A program made the position numbers and the translations under genes. Positions 59,452 to 64,000 of a stretch of 64,000 nt of DNA are shown piece by piece (positions within the stretch are counted from its first letter, which is position 1; each line of letters begins with the position of its first letter). The notes below the pieces were generated by a model. It searched no databases. It saw nothing but the letters and a program-made list of their open reading frames with translations, and was not told the origin of the DNA. The DNA is from Escherichia phage SUT_E1620, in the sequence record OQ939939. One strand, written 5' to 3'.

Positions 59452-60787
59452 ATGCAATTTTAGCTAATTGTACTGCTTTCTCCGGAGTCATAGTAATAGT
59501 TTTCCATGCATTATTGCGATACACGGCCATACGTCCAGAAGCCTGTCTTAAACCAGTACCTCCTTTCATAATTAAATCTACAACAATCGGATCTAGCTTT
59601 CCGTCAACAATACGTTGAACGCGGCCTGCTAACTGTTCTATGAGAGATTCATTATTAATGAGACTTCCCATTATTAAACAAGACAGCTCGTTAAGAGAAA
59701 TACCTTCTGAGAAGATACTCTGAGCTGCTGCAAGCACACAGGGTCCGCCCTCCGCTACATCTTTCTGGATTCTCAATCGGTCATCCAAAGGAGTTGCACC
59801 TATAATCTCATAGGTTGTAACACCACGTTGAGCGAGAGCTTCTAGTATTGTTTGAATTAGTTCTGTTCTATCACTTACAAAGAGAACCTTATGCCCCATA
59901 GACACATATAAATGTGCTAAGTTTATAATAGTTTCCCGATATTCAGGATGATTATACACATCGTTAGCACGTAATGCCCACGGTACGTTCTGGTTTCCTG
60001 ATAATTCTACAGGCACGGAGTACCTATGGATTGTGGGTGGAACAGTATTATTAACCGGAGGACTAAAGATCTTATATCCAAAGAAGTCTTTGAACATAAC
60101 TTGTAGCCCATCTTTACGTTTTAATGTACCTGATAGACCGATCTTGTAGCGAGCACATGAGATCTCTAGGAAATTAGTGAAAGTTGTAGCTACACAGTGG
60201 TGAACTTCATCAACTATAACAGTACCGAATACCTTAGAAAGATTATTCGCATGTTTGTTCACTGTTTGTATATTACTGACCACGATTGGTGGATCAATGT
60301 TATACTTTCCAGAACCTATAATACCCGGCTCGAATCCAAACCATTTACGAACTTCTGCAGCCCACATTTCACGAATGGATGTGTTAGTGCAGATTACCAG
60401 AGTTTTCTGGCCAAACTTATATGCAAGAGCTAGAGCTAGGATAGTTTTACCAAATCCAGGCTTACCATTGATAATACAAGTATCATCGCACTCTTCATAT
60501 ATAGGAAGCTGATCTTCCTCACGTAGCTTGAACTGAGGTTCTGGTATTTCTACCGGAGCTAACGTGCGTTTGTCAACTAATTCGTATTTTACTCCCTTAG
60601 CATCTAGTAAATCTAGACGCGTAATGGGAATCCACTTAATCTCTTTAGCAACAACACCACTATTCTTATACATAATAGGGTATTTACTAGTCATTGTCTC
60701 GATGTGATAAGTGGTTTGTTTACTACAGTAATCCCAGAGTTCATCATCGGGCTTGAAATAGGCTTTATTAGATATAACAACCTTCAT
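59435..60787 (-). CDS. SF2 DNA helicase (D10-like)
   Basis: 450 aa; Walker A GKPGFGKT; DEVH box VIVDEVHH. Confidence 0.75.
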   Translation of the reverse strand: MKVVISNKAYFKPDDELWDYCSKQTTYHIETMTSKYPIMYKNSGVVAKEIKWIPITRLDLLDAKGVKYELVDKRTLAPVEIPEPQFKLREEDQLPIYEECDDTCIINGKPGFGKTILALALAYKFGQKTLVICTNTSIREMWAAEVRKWFGFEPGIIGSGKYNIDPPIVVSNIQTVNKHANNLSKVFGTVIVDEVHHCVATTFTNFLEISCARYKIGLSGTLKRKDGLQVMFKDFFGYKIFSPPVNNTVPPTIHRYSVPVELSGNQNVPWALRANDVYNHPEYRETIINLAHLYVSMGHKVLFVSDRTELIQTILEALAQRGVTTYEIIGATPLDDRLRIQKDVAEGGPCVLAAAQSIFSEGISLNELSCLIMGSLINNESLIEQLAGRVQRIVDGKLDPIVVDLIMKGGTGLRQASGRMAVYRNNAWKTITMTPEKAVQLAKIAFGNCS

Positions 60788-61281
60788 AATTTTATTCTAA
60801 GTCTAGGAATTTCAGGCTCCTCTTGATGGACTTGATAAATAACAGGGCTATTATTTACCAGAATATAGCTTATATAAGCTGGAACATAGGATAGCACGAA
60901 TGGATACGGGACTTTAGCCACATAGCATTGATACTTTCCATTATAAATTCTTGCAGAATGCAGAACTTTAGATGTGCTAACATCATAGAACGTAGTTTTC
61001 TTCCAGTTAATGAGATTTCCATCAGAATCTATGAACTGGCTACGCTTTGACCCAACTAATTGGGACAACATTGATATTCTACCACGAATAGGATAGAGCT
61101 TATAAGGTAATTCTTTCCGCTTCTCAAATAAGGCTAACCTACGTTGAGAGAATGTGCCAGGCAACTCCCTGTTATCTAACACATATTTATTATATCTTGT
61201 TGTAATTATGGAATAATCACCTTCCTGCTCAATTGATACAAACGCCCGTAAAGCATATACGGGCAATTTGAAATCAAGCAC
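60784..61281 (-). CDS. hypothetical protein
   Basis: 165 aa; overlaps the helicase start and the polymerase stop. Confidence 0.35.
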   Translation of the reverse strand: MLDFKLPVYALRAFVSIEQEGDYSIITTRYNKYVLDNRELPGTFSQRRLALFEKRKELPYKLYPIRGRISMLSQLVGSKRSQFIDSDGNLINWKKTTFYDVSTSKVLHSARIYNGKYQCYVAKVPYPFVLSYVPAYISYILVNNSPVIYQVHQEEPEIPRLRIKL

Positions 61282-63841
61282 CTAAAATCCTTTTCACATT
61301 ATCCAGATCTTTACATACAGCAATAAACTTATCATCCTTGTACTTGCTGTGGTCTGGATGCTCTTTATCCATTGCAGCTAACTTCTTATACTCGAAATCT
61401 GCATCGAGTAATACACCCTTAACATAACGAGTATACTCATCATCATCAATACAAGCGATTGATGGGTGCTGTTTCTTCATCTTACCACAAGAGTAGTCAC
61501 GAGAACCACCTTTCTCAGAATCAGAATCAATACCGATTGGGCAGCCAGGGATACTAATACCACGATCCTTCTGGATGTTACGAATCAGAATCTCGTTATA
61601 CTGATCGATCAGATCTTCACGTACAATGGCAACCACGGAGTCGTGAACCAACATGACGATCTTCATCTCTTTTCCTAGACCCAGGGACAGGATTTCTTCA
61701 TCAGCATCAATAGCCCCTAACAGGAGACTATCAGAAGATGCAGACTGAATGATTGCGTTAAATCCAGAACGGATTTCTTCACCCTGAACACCACGATCTT
61801 CGGAATGGATGTTATGCAGACGACGCTTACGACCAAAGTGACTATAGATGAATCCAAAGTTCTTGATCTGATCGTGGCACTTATCAATCCAACGCTTAAG
61901 CTGAGGGAACTGACCGAAGTAAGTTTCGATATAGTCCTTCGCATCTGCAACGGTACATTCAACAAACGGTTCGCCTGTCTTAGCGGCCTGTTCCAGAAGA
62001 GCTTCGTTAACAGAGTGAGCGACTTTAGCTGGGCCAGAACCATACAGAATACCGAAGGTAATTGCCTTAGCAGCCTGACGCAGAGCTGGGAACAACTTCT
62101 TAACATCACGCGGTTCACAGGTCAGTTTAAATACCATGTGTGCGATGTTTGAGTGGAAGTCAGGATATTTATCAGGTTCATTCTTCATGTTGATAAATAC
62201 TTGTTGCATATTTCTGTCACCAGACAGAACAGCAGCATAGTAAACTTCCGCAGTTGTTAAGTCCCATGCAATTACACGATATCCAGGAGGAGCTACTACA
62301 CAACCCTTGATAATAGATTCATCACGTGGTAACTGTTGTAGGTTCAGCTTACCAGAAGAACTCAGACGACCAGAAGTAGTCATATGTTCGTGGAAACCGG
62401 TACGAATACAACCATCTGCATCGATGCTCAGAAGAATCTTCTCAACATATGTAGAGATCAGCTTAGTCAGCTTACGAATCTCTAGCAGAGTTTTAGCAAT
62501 CGGATGCTGAGTAGCCAATTCATTCAGAGCTTCTGCGTTTGTAGAATCTGCACCTGTATCTGTCAGTTTACCAGTTGGAGTCAGACCAACATAATCAAAC
62601 AGAAGAACACGAAGTTGCTTAACAGAGTTCGGGTTAAATGCTTCGTTCTGATCTTTCTCTAGCTGAACGACTTCTGGATAAGTATACAGCTTTTCACGAG
62701 CCTTGTTCAGGTTGTGAGTTAACTGATACTGAGCTTCTTTCAAGCGATCAACAGAAATCGGTACACCTCGATCTTCAACACGTTGAAGGAATACACAACC
62801 AGGCATCAGAACGTCATAGTACAGACTGCAAAGCTTTTCATTCTTCTCAATTTTTGGTAAGAAGAAGTTATGCAGACGCAGAGTAGCATCGGTATCTTTT
62901 GCAGCATATGGCCACATAATATCAAATGGAATCAGATCATAGCTGAAATCCTCTTTTTTGATCTTATGTGCCTTGCAATAATCATCCTTGAACTTATCCA
63001 GTTCAAAGTCGTAATCGCCCATGTCAGTATACTTCATAGCCAGAGATTTCAGGCCGTGGGTACCACGACGTTCATCGAGAACATAGTGTTGTAACATGGT
63101 ATCGTGAAGTCTACGCTCTTTATGTGCTTTCTCGAAGGAAAGTCCTAGATGATAGGAATAAAAGTGCATATCGAACTTCAAGTTATGGAAAACGATCTGA
63201 TGATTCTTGCTATCCAGAATTTTCTGGAGATAATGTACAGCTACTTCGGTGATACTGTCAGAATCAATATAGACACCCTGATACTCTTGGTGAGACATAG
63301 AAACACCAAGTAGATAACCATCACGAGCGTACAGAGCTGAGGTTTCGGAGTCGAATGCGATAGGACCGATAACCATGTTATACACCATCTTGATGTATTC
63401 TTCAGCTTCATCTGGATCAGTAATAGGACGATAATCACCAGCTTTTGCAATCTTCTCACGACCATTAATAATATCGTGAATACTTTCTACAGTTGCATCG
63501 AAAACTGGTTTCATTTCAGGTTTAAAGTGTAACTGAGCTGGACTAATACTTGCAATCCAATTGGCATAGCCGCCATGCTCTACACGTTTACCAGTATAAT
63601 CACCGATACCTTTCTTACCTGCGAAATACAGGAAAGGTTCAGCACCAACTAGTACAACAAAATCGTAATCGTTCGGATCGAACGGGTTATCTGGAGTTCC
63701 GATTGTAATATGCTTTTTCAGCAAACGGCCAGATAACTTCTCGTTACACATATGGAATACATCAACTTCCTCACCATAAAGCTGGAAGTGTTTATCATAA
63801 CGAGTGTTATTTAGAGCTTTATCAACTACTGCAATTTTCAA
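61274..63841 (-). CDS. family A DNA polymerase with 3-prime-5-prime exonuclease domain
   Basis: 855 aa; exo motif FDSETS; Pol A motif B RQAAKAITFGILYG; motif C VHDS; TTG start with AAGGAG SD. Confidence 0.9.
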   Translation of the reverse strand: MKIAVVDKALNNTRYDKHFQLYGEEVDVFHMCNEKLSGRLLKKHITIGTPDNPFDPNDYDFVVLVGAEPFLYFAGKKGIGDYTGKRVEHGGYANWIASISPAQLHFKPEMKPVFDATVESIHDIINGREKIAKAGDYRPITDPDEAEEYIKMVYNMVIGPIAFDSETSALYARDGYLLGVSMSHQEYQGVYIDSDSITEVAVHYLQKILDSKNHQIVFHNLKFDMHFYSYHLGLSFEKAHKERRLHDTMLQHYVLDERRGTHGLKSLAMKYTDMGDYDFELDKFKDDYCKAHKIKKEDFSYDLIPFDIMWPYAAKDTDATLRLHNFFLPKIEKNEKLCSLYYDVLMPGCVFLQRVEDRGVPISVDRLKEAQYQLTHNLNKAREKLYTYPEVVQLEKDQNEAFNPNSVKQLRVLLFDYVGLTPTGKLTDTGADSTNAEALNELATQHPIAKTLLEIRKLTKLISTYVEKILLSIDADGCIRTGFHEHMTTSGRLSSSGKLNLQQLPRDESIIKGCVVAPPGYRVIAWDLTTAEVYYAAVLSGDRNMQQVFINMKNEPDKYPDFHSNIAHMVFKLTCEPRDVKKLFPALRQAAKAITFGILYGSGPAKVAHSVNEALLEQAAKTGEPFVECTVADAKDYIETYFGQFPQLKRWIDKCHDQIKNFGFIYSHFGRKRRLHNIHSEDRGVQGEEIRSGFNAIIQSASSDSLLLGAIDADEEILSLGLGKEMKIVMLVHDSVVAIVREDLIDQYNEILIRNIQKDRGISIPGCPIGIDSDSEKGGSRDYSCGKMKKQHPSIACIDDDEYTRYVKGVLLDADFEYKKLAAMDKEHPDHSKYKDDKFIAVCKDLDNVKRILGA

Positions 63842-63902
63842 ATTTAGTCTCCTTTTGGTAAGTAAGTATAACTTCAGTGTTTCTTCTCTAACTTACCAAT
63901 AT

Positions 63903-63932
63903 ATTATACCAAATCTTTGAGCGATTCGGCAA
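63903..63932 (-). promoter_or_regulatory. sigma70-type promoter for the polymerase gene
   Basis: reverse complement reads TTGCCG-18-TATAAT; 9-bp hairpin in the leader. Confidence 0.4.
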
Positions 63933-64000
63933 CTAAAATTTCAATACGTTGAGCCAACATATCGATCTCTTCTTTATTTAAGTCACCTGGGTCTTTGCCT

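Overview
The window reads as a large virulent T5-like siphovirus (Demerecviridae-type) genome segment, with no integrase or lysogeny genes found and no tRNA or rRNA genes recognised. Layout: (1) 1-13.1 kb, a plus-strand early block of small genes including a P-loop dNMP kinase, a ClpP-like protein, a holin/endolysin pair, two metallophosphoesterases and an HNH endonuclease, driven by T5-type sigma70 promoters. (2) 13.1-24.6 kb, a repeat-rich pre-early-like region: a 13-bp iteron array, tandem 35-bp repeats, a perfect palindrome and about 110-bp imperfect inverted repeats carrying DnaA boxes that flank a 3.3-kb minus-strand cassette of seven unknown genes; then an A1-like metallophosphatase, a dmp-like HAD nucleotidase and coupled small membrane proteins. 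(3) 24.6-53.3 kb, the late structural module on the plus strand, from a lipoprotein/receptor-binding pair through terminase, portal, capsid, tail tube, tape measure and baseplate to two L-shaped tail fibres with C-terminal chaperone domains. (4) 53.3-63.8 kb, a minus-strand replication/recombination block: dUTPase, flap endonuclease, SbcCD-like nuclease, SF2 helicase and family A DNA polymerase. The most interesting part is the 13.1-18.1 kb locus, which looks like an origin-like or injection-stop-like element enclosing uncharacterised cargo genes. All calls rest on reading the sequence and on remembered family motifs; no database search was run.
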